Below the pieces are notes generated by a model. That model was not told the origin of the DNA and did not search any database. It worked only from the letters and a program-made list of their open reading frames with translations. 64,000 bases of DNA. It comes from Ginglymostoma cirratum (Eukaryota). The translations under genes were made by a program, and so were the position numbers. Positions 24,760-38,065 of this stretch are shown piece by piece. Numbering within the stretch: the first letter of the stretch is position 1; every line of letters starts with the position of its first letter. The stretch lies in assembly GCA_024137785.1 (NCBI GenBank), contig JAHRHZ010000221.1:1-64000 (forward strand). The letters are read 5' to 3'.

Positions 24760-26590
24760 CGAAGGTATACACTGAAATATAGAGGGAGCTTCACTCTGTA
24801 TAAATCATTCTATAACTACCCTGAGAGGTTTCCATGGGGAGAGTATAGAAAAAGCTTTATGCATTATCTAACCCCATGCTATCCCTATCTTGGGGGCAGC
24901 ATGTGTTTCATAGGGACAGTGTAGATGTAGCTGCATGCTGTATCTAATATCATGCTGTATCTGTCCAGGGAGTGTTTAATGTGAACAGTGTAGAGGGAGT
25001 TTAACTCTCTAACTAACAGTATCCTGGCAATAAAACCAAAGTTTTAGAGAACTTTATCAGACCTTCTTATCAGGCAGCATCTCGAGAGAGAGAGAGAGAG
25101 AGAGAGAAACAGACACATGACATTAAAATCATTCATTTTGAGTCCAGTGTCCCTGTCCTGGAAATGTTTGGGGATTGTGAGAAGGCAGCTTTATCCCATC
25201 TCTGACCCCATGCAGTATCTGTCCTGGAAATATTTAGTGGTCATAACATTGAGAAAGATTTACTCTGAATCTGTTCAGAGAAGTCAAGCTCAAGAGGACC
25301 ACTCCACCATTGGAGAGAAAAAACTGGTGGTTGTATAACGTGAGGGTCACAACACCTAAGGCGAGGAGCAAGGTCATGAAGTTGAAACCATCACGGTGAG
25401 CTCATTTATGGAGTCATACAACACAGAAACACACCTGTCTGTCCAACCAGTCCATGCATGGCTCCTATCCCTCTAAACCTCTCCTATTCATGAATCTATC
25501 AAAATGTCTTTTAAATGTTGTAATTGTACCCATATCCACCACTTTCTGAGGAAGTTCACTCAACACACGAACCACACTCTGTGTAAACAATTTGGTTCTT
25601 CTCTCTTTTTTAAATCTCTCTCCTCTCACCTTAAAAATGTACCCCTTAGTCTTAAAATTCCCCCATCCTAGGGAAAAGATAATGACCATTAACTCTACCT
25701 ATCCCTCACATTATTTTATAAACTTCAATAAGACCATTTGTTAACCTCCTACGCTCCAGTGAATGAAGTCTCAGCTGATCCTTACAACTCAAATCTCTCG
25801 TACTCAGCAACATCTTGTTAAATCTCTCCTGAACCCTCTTCATCTTGATAATATGCTTTCTATAACTGGATGACCAGAACTGGACACTGTATTCCAGAAG
25901 AGGCCTCACTCAGTTAAAGGGGGATTTGAACTCACACTGTTAGCTTGACACTCTATCATCAACAAGCTGTCTAGCAGATTGAGCTGACTGACTGTATGTA
26001 ATCCCATGCTGTACCTATCCTGGGAGTGTTTGAAGCAGACCGTGTAGAGGGTGCTTTAATCTGTATGTATCCCTGTGCTGTAGCAGTACTGGGAGTATTT
26101 GATAGGTAGGGTGTACAGCAAAGTTTATTCTGTAGCTAACCCGGTGCTATTCCTGGCCTTGAAGTATTAGAAAAGGACATTATCAAGGGGGCTTTAATTT
26201 CCACTTAACTTTAGTTTAAGAGAGTAGATGGAGTGTTGCTTTGTCTCATACCCCATGCTGTGTTTGTCCAAGCAATGTTTGATGAGAAGAGTGTGTGAGA
26301 AGCTTTACTTGCATTTTAAAAGAGTAGAGGGAGCTTTACTCTGTATGTTTCCTTGAATTTTTAAAAATCTATTCTGGGAGTGTTGGGTGGTGACAATGTA
26401 GAGAGAGATTTATTCTGTATCTCGCCCTGTTGTGCCCCTGCCCTGGGCTGTCTGACGGAGTCAGTGTAGAGAAGTTTTACTTTCATTTGAAAAGAGTAGA
26501 GAAAGCTTTACATTGTATATCACTGCATATCTGCTGTACCTGCCCTCTGACTGTTTGACTTGACAATTTAAAAGGAGCTTTTGTCTGGAT
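24760..26590. repeat. Degenerate ~66-bp shark minisatellite array interrupted by a SINE and a CR1
   Basis: Repeated gtagagggagctttactctgtatctaaccccatgctgtacctgtcctgggagtgtttga. Confidence 0.8.
25410..25908 (-). mobile_element. CR1 3' fragment nested in a tRNA-derived SINE (25300-25400 and 25910-25990)
   Basis: MRPLLEYSVQFWS, LFTQSVVRVLSELP; SINE head tcagctcaatctgctagacagc...gagttcaaatccc on the minus strand at 25920-25990. Confidence 0.75.
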
Positions 26591-27039
26591 CCAACCAATA
26601 TTTTGCAAAAGCATGCACAGCCAGCAGAACCGTGTGATACTCTGGAATTGTCATAAATATATTCAGTGACTTTTATTGACATTCAAATGAAATCACACAA
26701 TTGTGATCCGAGCAGCAACTCAGAACCATGGGCAATGAAGACTCTGTTCTTGAAGAGTGGAGATGTTTCTCTTCTTTGAATGTTGTTTGCGGTTCCTCTG
26801 GCAAAGTTTGGATGTTTTATTCCCTTAACTTTCTGTGTTTATTGTTGGGATGAATGCAATAAGTAAACTTGTATTTCAACAGTCCAACAGCCATCTCATC
26901 TCTTCCTATGTTATGTCTCATCTTTCACAACTGTCAGCAGATTGAGTAAACTTGAGTCTGAATTCTTCCATCAGATCTCAGTCAGTCTGCTGTACTGTTC
27001 CATAATGCATATCTCACCAAAGGAAGGAGGAATTGTCTT

Positions 27040-27925
27040 TGGAGATGGGGAGAAGCACAGATTCATCTGAATGATGCTAACGTTAAATTATAACAACTGT
27101 TTTCATCAGCCATGTGCGGAGTGTCTCAAGTATAGAACATTAAATTGGTCTAATTAAGGTAGTTAAGGCATTTGCTGAAGTACTTCATTACTGATTGTTA
27201 GCTAAAGTGGAAGGTCCCAGAATTGAAGGTGAATGATTGACCTGGTTAGGAACGTGGCTGATCAGTACATGTCAGAGTAAGGACAATTGCCAGACATTTT
27301 TATTGATAGACTGTGACGAGTGCTGTCTATAAGGATCTGTTGAGAAACCTCAATTACTCATATATTCATTGATACCTTGCTGAACAGAAGTCCATGTATC
27401 CAAATTTGACATGATGATTTGAAGTTATTATTGTAAGCTGTGTAAAGGGAAATAAAAGCAGTATAAAAATAAGCGCTATTGATCACATGACTGGACAATA
27501 CAAATGAGCAAATATATTTTCATGTGAACCAATCTGTGGTCATTCACACTGCACCTTAAAGAATATGACAGGCTACTTTTACTAGAGACCAGCTGAAACA
27601 GAGACTTGGGGCCGATGTATGTAGATCATGGAAATGACATATTCAGGTCCAGAAAATAGTCAAAAAGGGGACTGAAACGTTGGTCTTTATATCTGGAGGA
27701 CCAGAGTAGAAGAGCGGAGATGTCATATTTCCACTATCCAAAACATTGGTTATACCACACGTGGGGTGACTGTGAGCCAGCCTGGGCACCAGATCTTAGG
27801 AAGAATGTATTGACCTTGGAGACAGTGCAGCGTAGATTTATGAGAACAATACCCAGGCACAAGTGCTCAGAAATGAGCAGAGATTAAACAAACTGGGCTT
27901 AGATTCCTCGAATGTCAAAAGTGTC
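27040..27925 (+). mobile_element. Highly decayed CR1 RT fragment
   Basis: aaggcatttg..aagt, tgtatccaaatttg..atgat and agatcttaggaagaatgtattgaccttggag remnants. Confidence 0.6.
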
Positions 27926-28124
27926 CACTGTGTGGCAATGTAAGAACACCAGTGGGGGCTGGTGATCAGTGCACAGCACAGGAGGAGCCCAAGGGTTAGA
28001 ATGGCCTGGGTAAGCAAATGAGAGCTCTGTCTGAGGCTGAAGCAGTGTCTTTACAATCCTGGTATGTTTGACTCTGAGGTGAACAATCAAACACATTAAC
28101 TGAACCTTCACAAAGAACCATCAC

Positions 28125-28260
28125 TATTTCCACCTGAGTAACATCACTTGACACTGCCCTTTCTCAGCTTATCTGCAGCTGAATCCCTCATTCATGCATT
28201 TGCCACCTCTTGACATGGCTATTCAAATGCACCTTCAGCCAGCTTACTGCCTCCGTAATG
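28125..28260 (+). mobile_element. L2 LINE fragment
   Basis: Reads like YFHL.NI..L.P.LS.SAAE.LIHAF.TS.....SNA, the L2 ORF2 C-terminus. Confidence 0.6.
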
Positions 28261-29129
28261 TTCATCACCCTGACCATGACATTGTTTTTGAGATATTAAC
28301 AGGAGAAATAGAATAAATTGGGAGAAACTAGTTCCACTGGTTGGGGAATCTCGGACTGGAGGGTATAGCCTAAATATTTCAGGAGTACAACTGGGAGTTT
28401 TCTTTGTGCAAAGGATAGCTGAAATTTGAGATTCCATATGCAGCAACTGGTGCTTGATCAAGTGCTGATTTGAATCTGAGATTGAATATTTTTTGTAATT
28501 TAACATGTTAAGGGACATGGGGCAGAGACAGACATATGGTGTTTAATCACAGATTGGACATGCCTCAGTGTGGGAGGACAGTATGAGGTGGAGATTTTCA
28601 CCTGACTCCACACTTGCTCACATTGTTAAATATCTCACCTTGACCAGTGCTAATGGATTAACTGAAACTTTACCTGTTTCTTTCTCCACACAACCTGCCT
28701 GTCCTGCTGAGTTTTTCCAGCATTTTCTGCTTTCACTCTCAGCAGTTGTTTCATTGTAATAATAACCTTAGTCACTGGATTCATGTAATACTTGAATGTT
28801 GGAGTACACACCCAGCCAGCTTCCTACCTTATACACTCCATAAAGCTCATCAAACTGAACATGACACTGCAGTGCAGGGCGCCTTGAGGAGTAATATAAG
28901 TGTGCTAGGACCGGTAATAATAAGTGGGGGAAGAGAAACTGTTCTCTGCAGCTGTGACTGGAAGTTCCCAATGTTGTGTTACCTGCCTTGTGCCATGGTT
29001 AAAGATATCTGAAGAAGATATTGGAATGGGAGGAGGAGAATCTCGATGTCACGGTCTATGTAGGAATCAGTCATTGCTCACATTTGGAATGATGGTCTGC
29101 TCAGAATATTTCAGCTGTTAAGATGTATG

Positions 29130-32100
29130 GTTTTGAACATTTTGTAGCTAAACTAAAAGCAGAACCTCCAAGGTAATAATCCCTAGATTGCTACCTGAGC
29201 CATGGGCTAACAGGCACAGGGGGTAAGTAAGTCAAGGAGTTAAATATGTGGCTCAAAGATCGATGTGGGAGAAATGGATATCAGTCAGTGGTGGGCTGGC
29301 ATAAGTACAGGGGTGGAAGAGAACTGTTTTTGAGGGATGGGATTCACGTGCTGGGACCAGTGTCCTGGCAAGCTGAATAAGCAGAGGTATATCGATGCCT
29401 TTAAACTGTTGGGGATGGGTGAGTGCATTTTGGGGAAAGGGGTATATTGGCCTCAAAAGCTAAAGGATATGGCAGTGTTACGGGGCAGGTATTTGGATAA
29501 TGATGCTCAGAGGGATAGTCAAGAAAAGGCAGAGTGCACAAATGTAGGAGAAAGAGCAGCAATTATGTTCAAAGAGGGGGAAGATAATAAAATGGCAAAA
29601 TTGATGGCTCTTTATTTGAATATGCATGGCATCAGAAAAAAGTAGATGCATTAATGTCACCAATATGTGTTAAAGGGTCAGAACGAAGAGCCATTAGGGA
29701 GACATGGCTACAAGGAGACCAAAGCTGGGAATTAACTATTCAGGACCATGTGACTTTTCAAAAGAATGCAAAGGAAGGAAAGGGTCATTGGGTAGCATTG
29801 TCAGTTTGGGATGGAATTAATTTGATAGGAAGAAGTGATCTCAGATTGGAAGATGTAGAATCCATATGGCTTGAGGTAAGAAATAAAAAGAGGAAGATGA
29901 CGCCGATAGCAGTTGCAATAGGCCCCATAACAGTGGTTATCTGGTGGAATTGAGAATGAATCAGGAAATAATGAGGGCATGTAATAATGGTAGTACATTA
30001 ATCATGGTGATTTCAGTCTTTATGGTGATTGGGATAGTCAGATTAGCAGAAGTAGCTGCGAGGAAGAATTCAAACAGTGTATTCAGGACAGTTTCCAAGA
30101 ACAATATTTTGTGGATCCAATGAAGGATTAGGCTATTTTGGATCTGGTAATGTGTAATGAGGCAAGTTTAATGAATGATATCAGATTTAAAGACCCCCTC
30201 GGAAACAATGACAACCGCATGGTAGAATTCAACTTGAGTGGGAGAAACTTGGGTTGGAAATAACTGTGCTGAACTGAAATAAGAGTAATTACAAAGGAAT
30301 GGCGTCGCGCTAATTGAAGAGGACTATGAAAGGAGTTTGGCAGGAAAGATGTTTGATTTATTGTCACGTGTACCAAAATATAATGAAAAGCTTTGTTTAC
30401 AAGCAGATCATTACAAGCAAAGGATGTACAGATCAAAAGTATTATTGGCATACAGGTTACATTGTACAGGACATGTGCTAGGCGAGATCATTATTAGCAA
30501 GATCAGCGTTATGCGAGGCGAGAGAGTCCATTCATCAATCATAACGGTCAGGAAAAAGCTGTTCCTGAACCTGCTTGTGCATGTGTTCAGGCTTCTGTAT
30601 CTTCTGCCTGATGGAAGAGGTTGGAGGAGATCATTACCACAGTGCGATGGGTCTTTGATGTTGTTGGCAGCCTGTCTGCATCAGCCAGCAGTGTGAATGG
30701 AGTCCATGGATGTAAGGTTGGTTTCCATGGTGGTCTGGGCTGTGCACACCATCTTCTGTAGTTTCTTATGGTCCTGTGCAGAGCAATTGACATACCAGGC
30801 CACTGTGAATCCGGACAGTATGCCTTCAATGGTGCAGCTGTAGAAGTTGGTGAGGGACCTTACTGAAATGCCAAATTTCCTGAGCTGCCTGAGGAAGAAG
30901 AGGCCTTCTTGACTATTGCAACTACATGGGAAGTCCAGGACAGGCTGTCAGTTATTATCACTTCTGAGGAACTTGATGCTGTTCACCCTCTCAGCCTCAG
31001 TTCCGTTGATGGAGAGTGTGTTCTCCTTTCTTTCTGAAGTCAATGATCGGTGTTTTTAGTTTTGCTGACATTGAGAAATGGATTGTTTTCATTGCACCAC
31101 ATCCCCAAGCCCTCCATCTCTCTTCTGTATTTTGACTCACTATAGTTAGATATCTGTCCCACTACGGTGGTGTCATCAGTGAGGTTGTAGATGGCACTCA
31201 TTCGGAATTTGGCAATACAGCAATAGGTGTATAGGGAGTACAGTAAGAGACTGGGTACGCATCCTTGAGGGGGTTCCCGTGTTGAGTGTTATTGTGGAGG
31301 AGGTGCAGTTCCCTATCCTCACAGATTGCAGCCTATATGTCAGAAGGCTGAGGATTCAATGGCAGAAGATGGAGTGGAGACCAAGGTCACGGAGTTTTGA
31401 GATCAGTCTGGAGGGAATATTGGTGATGGAGGCAGAGCTGGAGTCAACGAGCAGGAGTCTGATGTAGGCGTCTTTGTTGTCCAGATGTTCCAGGGATGAG
31501 TACAGGGCTAGGAATGTGGCATCCTCTATTGACATGTTACGTTGGTAGGCAAGTTGTAGGGGATCGAGGCAGGCTGGGTGACTGCAGTTGATTGTGGACC
31601 ATGAACAGCCCACAACAGCTTGGGGCACGTCATGATTATTGAGGTCAGTGCCACTGGGCAGTAATTATTAAGGCACATTGCATGTACTTTCTTAGGTACA
31701 GGGTTGATGGTGGTCTTCTTGAAGCAGGAGGGTACTTTGGCTTGGAGGAGGGAGATGTTGAAAATGTTGGTGAATACCTCCACTTGTTGGTCCACACAGG
31801 ATCTGAGTGCTCAGCCGGAGACACCGTCCCAGCCCATCATTTTCCTCGGTTTGACTGCCTGGAAGACCAATCTGATGTTTGGAGTGACGACGGAGGGAAC
31901 AGATATGTCCGGTACTGGAGGGGCAGGCATAACCATGCTGCTGACATTCTGCTCAAACCGAGCATAGAAAGCATTGAGCGCATCAGGGAGGGACGTGTCT
32001 TTGTCCACTATCTTGTACTGCTTCATTTTGTATCCCGTAATATCGTTAAGGCCTTGTCATAGGCAGCAGGAGTCTGTTTGGTAGGCTTGGGCCTCTAACT

Positions 32101-33290
32101 TGGGGTCTGGTACTGCCTCTTGGCACCCCGATTACTTTGTAGACGTCATATCTGGATTTCCTATATTGGCCAGGGTCACCCAACTTGAATGCTGTACATC
32201 TGGTCTTCAGCAGGGAGTGGATTTCCTGGTTCATCCAAGGTTTATGGCTAGGGGACTCTCAGATTGAATTCTTTGGTAAGCAGTCCCCCACACATTTGCT
32301 AATGAAGTCTGTGACGGTGGTGGCATACTTGTCAAGGTTTTCCGCTGAACACTTGAACATGGTCCAGTCCACCAATTCCAAGCAGTCACGGAGACCAGCG
32401 ATGTATTCCTGAGGAACAACCGTCTGGTTGAGGAACAATATTTAAAAGAACAGTTTATGGCTCACACGAATGGTATATCTCAGTGAGAAAGAAAGGTTCT
32501 AGGAAGGTGATAAGCCAACCATGGTTAACCAGGGAAGTTCAAGATTGCGTAAGATTGAAAGAAAAAAACATACAATGTGGCAAAGCCAGAAAATTGGGAA
32601 AATTATAAAAACTAATGACCGAACAAAAAAGAGGCAGAAGAGAACTTTTGAGGGTCAACTTGCACATCAAGGTGGACATCAACAGCTTCTTTAATTATAA
32701 AATAAGGAACAGAGAGGCCTCTTAGAGAACGAGGCTGGGCAATACGAATGGGGAACTAAGAAATGGCAGAACAGTTGAATAAATACTTTGTATCAGTCTT
32801 CAATGTAGGAGTAGAGGGAATAAATATAATAAGTATCTCCAAGAAAAAGTGCTTGGGAAACTGATGGGGTTAGACCGTTAAAAGAAAGAACAAAAGAAAA
32901 AGTGGATGCACTGGATGTAAACCTCCAAGAATCCCTAGTCCTTGGAAAAATCCCACAGGATTGGAAAACTGCCATGGTAACATTTTTACTAGCAAAGGAA
33001 GAAGGCAACAAACAGGTAACCATAGGCCAATCACAGAAAATATTAGAGCCTATTATAAAGGATGTAACAGCAGAGTATTCGGAAATATGATCAAGCAGAG
33101 TCAGCATGGTTTCACAAATGGAAAATCATTAACTTAAAACATATATTAGAACTCTGTGAGGAGGTCAGAGCAGGATAGATAATGGAGAAGCATTCCTGTG
33201 CCATGGGGATCAGTGTTGGGGACACAATTATTCACAATATGTTACGATTTGAGTGAGGAAAGTTCATGTCCTGCAAAATCAGGTGGACAG
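29130..33290 (+). mobile_element. Decayed CR1 (ORF1 esterase end + EN + partial RT), split by a Rex1 insertion
   Basis: LYLNMHGI, ETWLQG, ESIWLEVRNK, KIPQDWKTAMVT. Confidence 0.75.
30352..32420 (-). mobile_element. Rex1/Babar LINE, RT region, decayed
   Basis: LPDALNAFYARFE, VPSCFKKTTINPVPKK, LNNYCPVALTSIIM, LDPLQLAYQRN, LEHLDNKDAYIRLL; tail gtgacaataaatcaaa. Confidence 0.9.
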
Positions 33291-33469
33291 TGTTAAATAA
33301 CAGAGTCAATACTTAGCAGTCTGAGCTCAACTCATAAGTCGTTTATTCACTTCATGTAGGGGGCATTTTGAAGACTATCCACTGAGTTTCAAATAATCAT
33401 GGTTTTAACACACGAAGTACAATTATGCACCCCATTCTGGACAGACAATCTACCTCTCAGTAGATTTTT

Positions 33470-33560
33470 CTGAAGGGTCCAGACCCGAAACTTCATCTTT
33501 CCTGTTTGTCTGATGCTGCCTGGCCTGCTGTGTTCATCCAGTTCCACGCCTTGTTACCTC
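33470..33560 (+). mobile_element. Penelope pLTR fragment
   Basis: ctgaagggtccagacccgaaac...tgatgctgcctggcctgctgtgttcatccag, as at 72-160. Confidence 0.75.
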
Positions 33561-33926
33561 TCTGTAGTCTTGGTGCATGTTCAAACTCAATGTTTAAACC
33601 TGGCTTTCCAGAGTCTGAACTGCCTTAAGTACAATCCAGCTTCGCTACAGTTAAGCGGGATAAACTTATTTGAAGCTAAATATACATTTCCTGAGACAAT
33701 AAAAGAGTTAACATATTTTCCTAAGATCATTAGATTATGATCTAAATGCCTGACTTTCTAATTAGTTGTCACAAATTAGAATGTAATATCCTGCTTAATC
33801 AAAAGGTGCAGGCCTGACCCCTCACCTCAGGAATTAGACCTGGGTTTTACCCCAGTCACATGTCCTGGATCTTCACTGAGTGTCTGTGACTGGTACCAAC
33901 TGGTTTTAAGTTATCTCTTGAAACTA

Positions 33927-34161
33927 TGTGCAGGTTGAAATTCCTGCACAGAGGCTGGTATTCTGTCAGCAAGTCACCCTTTATTTGTTGTGCACAGTAC
34001 CCTGGCTGTGGCCAGCCTGCTCAGAGTCAGTTCCCTGAACTGAGGGGATTCCAAATTCCCTGTTTATGTTGGTTGGCCAGGGCTTCTTGATTGGCCCGTG
34101 TTAACAACCCCAATGAAAGAACTCGTAGTCAATAAAGGCCCATCTGGTTCCAATCACCACA
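33927..34161 (-). mobile_element. Possible solo LTR
   Basis: TG...CA bounded ~235-bp segment with minus-strand AATAAA near 33980 and a CCAAT; no TSD found. Confidence 0.35.
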
Positions 34162-35513
34162 CAGTTCCCACGAAACTGTGTGTGGGCCCCACAATATCTT
34201 TGGGAGTCCCATGTACCTCATTATTCCTGGCCTTCAGTTATCTCTTCCTTGTGAGTCACAGACTCACAGTCTCCCTTCCCTTCATAGCCAGTAAACTCAT
34301 CCTTCAGTTGAAGACAAGTGTCAGCAAATTCTCAAAGTGCGGAGAGGTAATTCTCTGTGCCTTCCATTTTGTGCTCCTGGACATCTATTATTGTGTGTGC
34401 GCGCACGCTCAGTAATTTTCCACACAGGGGTATTCTGCTTTTAACCCCATATATCCTTGTTATCCTGTATAATGCTATGGCTGTTCTTGTCACTCACTGC
34501 AACCGTGTTTCTGTAGTGTTCCATCAATCTTTGTATGGCCCCACATTATAACTATACTTTCTACAGCACCCTCACTCATGTACAATCCCGCAAAGTAACT
34601 GTGATTCTGCAGAGTCCTGTCACTCTATGTACAGTTGCACGCTGTAACTGTGATAATAGATTCTCCCCAGAATCTTCTTTTCATAAACTAAGAGCTTTAA
34701 CTGCGGATGACAAAATTTTACGTACAATAATCCAATTTTCCATCCATACCCTTCCTTGGGCATGTTTCACACAAGAGTCTGAATGTTCACTGCAAGTTGG
34801 ACCAGGTTCTGATAGGGGGTTGAAACCGTAATGTTGTACTTATTTTCAGTTCTGCCAGTCTGTCACCCTTCAGTAAATATATAACTGTTTGTTGGAGCAA
34901 AGAATAGAATCGGAATTATATTTCCATATCGGTATCAATGTACTTCTTCCTTTTAGTAACTAAGTCCCTCTGGGAGGCCCCCCTGGTCAGATTAAACATG
35001 ACTGTGATCTCTGAGAGGAAGTGGAAGGAGAAGGAACTAATCTTGATGTTATCACTGAGTTTCGGACATCTGTCAAACATTAATCATAAACAATCATTGT
35101 GCTTCTAGAGAGCCAGAGCAGTTCCTTGAGAGATTTAGGAAGCTTTCAATCTGTCTCCAGTTTTAAAAATACAAATCACATCAACTTTTTGCTCGTTTCC
35201 TGACACTACATTCCTTTTCCCTGACTTTATAATACATCTGTTGTAGTGTATTGTTATCACTTCTGTACCTGTTTAACAGTGAGCACACCCAGGGAGGGAA
35301 TAATCCAGGGGCAATACAGAATACACACTGTCGATAGTCTGGATAGATCGTATCCATATTTTTATATACTTTCTTTCAGATCAAGAAGCTTCATATCATT
35401 TGTGAGATAGGTAATGGAACCCTTTCTCAAAAATACAACAGAAACATATCAACTAAAAATATCACAAAGTGCAGCCAGCTTAGAGTAAAAAAGGAAGGTG
35501 AGAGGGATAAGGA

Positions 35514-35547
<34 letters not shown>

Positions 35548-36529
35548 AAGATTGAGAGTTCGCAACTATGCGTGTGAGTGAGTGAGTATAAGTGACAGAG
35601 ACTATGTGTGAGAAAGATTCAATATGTGCGTGAGTGTGTGTCAGTATTCCTGGCTGTGAATGTGAGCCACTGAATAGTATATGGACGAGGAATCGGCCAT
35701 TCCATCCTTCAGGACTTCATAAAATTGAACATGATTCGGTAACCTAATAACCTTGTCTTCATTGATAGTATATCTCCATCAAACCTGAAGCATTTGAATG
35801 ACATTGTTTGAAGGGGTTTATTTGGGACTCTTAAATAGGTGAGCTCAACCAAACTGAATCAATTTAAAATTTTCCCAACGTCCTTTTCTAACTTTGAAGA
35901 TGGTTCAATAAGATTAATGTTTTTCTTTACTCAACTGACTGCAAATATTCTGTATCAGCACATCAATAATTAGAATATCCTTTGGGGTAGAGTTAACCTG
36001 CTTGTTTTAAACTTTAAACAATGGTTGGCAGTTAACTGTCCTCCTGAAATGTTGCACTCTCTAAGCCAACACTTCTACCAATCATTCAGCATTCTCCTTT
36101 CATACAGTATCAATGTTGTTTTCCTTTTACTTTGGTATCTCTTGTGAATTATCCTGATGAATGCTTAGCGACAAGCTTTGACAAAGTGTCTCTTTCGACA
36201 GCACTCAAATTTTGTGTTTATGGAAGAATGCTTGGTGAATGGATAGATCTTTTTATTTGATGTTTAATATATAGAAAATGTACAAGTGGTCAGATTAGGA
36301 GCTGGATGAATCAATTGAATTTATGTTGTGAACCATGGAGAAGTGGGACAAGAGAAAGGCAGTGCACTTTCCTCATCTCAGTCATAAAGTAAAACTGGAG
36401 GCTCACCGTGGGATACCCAATGCCAAAAACATGTAATTGGAAGTAGGAGAATAATAACTGGAAAAAGATAAATGGCTTTGGCAGTTGCAAAAACTTTTCT
36501 GGAGATGGACATTTTATCCCTGAGTGATC

Positions 36530-36860
36530 AACAGAAAGTAACCGTACAGTGCAGAAAGAGGTCATTCGGCCCATCATGTCTGCACTGAACCTCCAAAGAG
36601 CATCCCACTCTAACCCATGACCCATGTTAACTATGGTTACCCCACCTCGCTCGCACATTCCTGGACACAATGGGGTAATTTAACATAGCTAATTCACCTA
36701 ATTTGCGCAACTTTGGACTGGGGAAGAAAGTGGAGCACCCAATGGAAACCCACGCAGACACAGGGAGAACATGCAAACTTCACAAGTCACCCAAGGCTGG
36801 AATCAAACCCAGGGCCCTGATGCTGTGAAACAGCAGTGCTAACCACTGAGTTGCCATGTT
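36530..36860 (-). mobile_element. HE1/V-SINE
   Basis: Head ggcaactcagtggttagcactgctg...gggtttgattcc on the minus strand, V-domain, CR1-type tail. Confidence 0.85.
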
Positions 36861-36949
36861 ACCCTAAATTCCTCCTAATTTATGTCTTAAAAGACTTGTA
36901 TTTTATTCGGAGGCACGTCCCCTGCTTCTCGGTGGTTTTTCTAAATCAA

Positions 36950-37580
36950 TACAAGACACCACAGCTGGAATACTGTGAACAATTTTGGGTCTTTGTCTGA
37001 GGACAGATATACTGGAATTGTAGGCAGCCCAGAGAAAGTTCACTGCCTGACTTCAGGGATGGGGAGGGACTGTCTTATGAAGAGAGATTGAGTATGTTGG
37101 GCTTGTACATGTTAGAATTTAATGGAATGAGGGGCAGCTGAATTAAAACATACGGGATTCTTAGGGGACTTGAGAGGATAGAAATGGAACATTGTTTTCC
37201 TTTGTGGGAAAGTCGAGGACCAGAGGACATAATCTTGATAAGACATAGGAGCAGAAGTAGACCGGCTAGCCCATCAAGTTTTCTCCGTCATTTGGTGAGA
37301 TCATGGTTGTTCTGTTAATCTTCAACTCAATTAAGGATTGCACATTTAAGATGGAGATGAGGAGGAATTTCTTCCCTGAGGGTAGTATTTCTTTACCACA
37401 CAGGACTGTTGAGGCTGGGTTTTCAAGGCTGGACTGATAGATTTTTAAACAGTATGGGAATTGGGGTTATGGGGAAAAAGCAGGAAAGTGGAGTTGAGGA
37501 TGATCAGATCAGCTATGATTACACTGAATGGCAGAGCAGACTCAATGGGCTGAATGGCATATTTCTGCTCCTCCATCTTG
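36950..37580 (+). mobile_element. Old CR1 3' fragments
   Basis: gctggaatactgtgaacaattttgg...ttatgaagagagattgagt...gaggaggaatttcttc. Confidence 0.7.
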
Positions 37581-38065
37581 TGGAGTTATGGTCTTACCAG
37601 TCTTTTTCCGTCCCTCACTACCACTAGACCCTTGGATCTTAATTATTTCAGGGGCACTTCTTAGGTTTTCCTCTGTGAAGGCAGATGTAAAAATCCTTAT
37701 TTATCTTCTCTGCTATTTCTCTATTTATTATTATACATTCTCTTGCCTCTGCCTGAAATGGATCTACATTTGTCTTCGTTAATGTTTTCCATTTTACAAA
37801 CCTATAGTTCATGTTCCTTGCTTTTTTTTATACTTGTATCCTGTTTTCTCTTTCTCAATTTCTTAGTCCTCCCTTGCTGAATTCTATGTTTGAAGTTCGA
37901 TACAGTTGAAGTAGTTTTGGTTCTTTCTGATTCTCAACTACAGTCAGGGAAACTTCTCTCCAGGCATCATTCAAATAACTGCACAGGTCAGGTCAGGATG
38001 TACAAAACACAAGATCATGAGAGAACTGAGTGCAGCCCTCCAAAATCATGAGAGAAATATTGCAA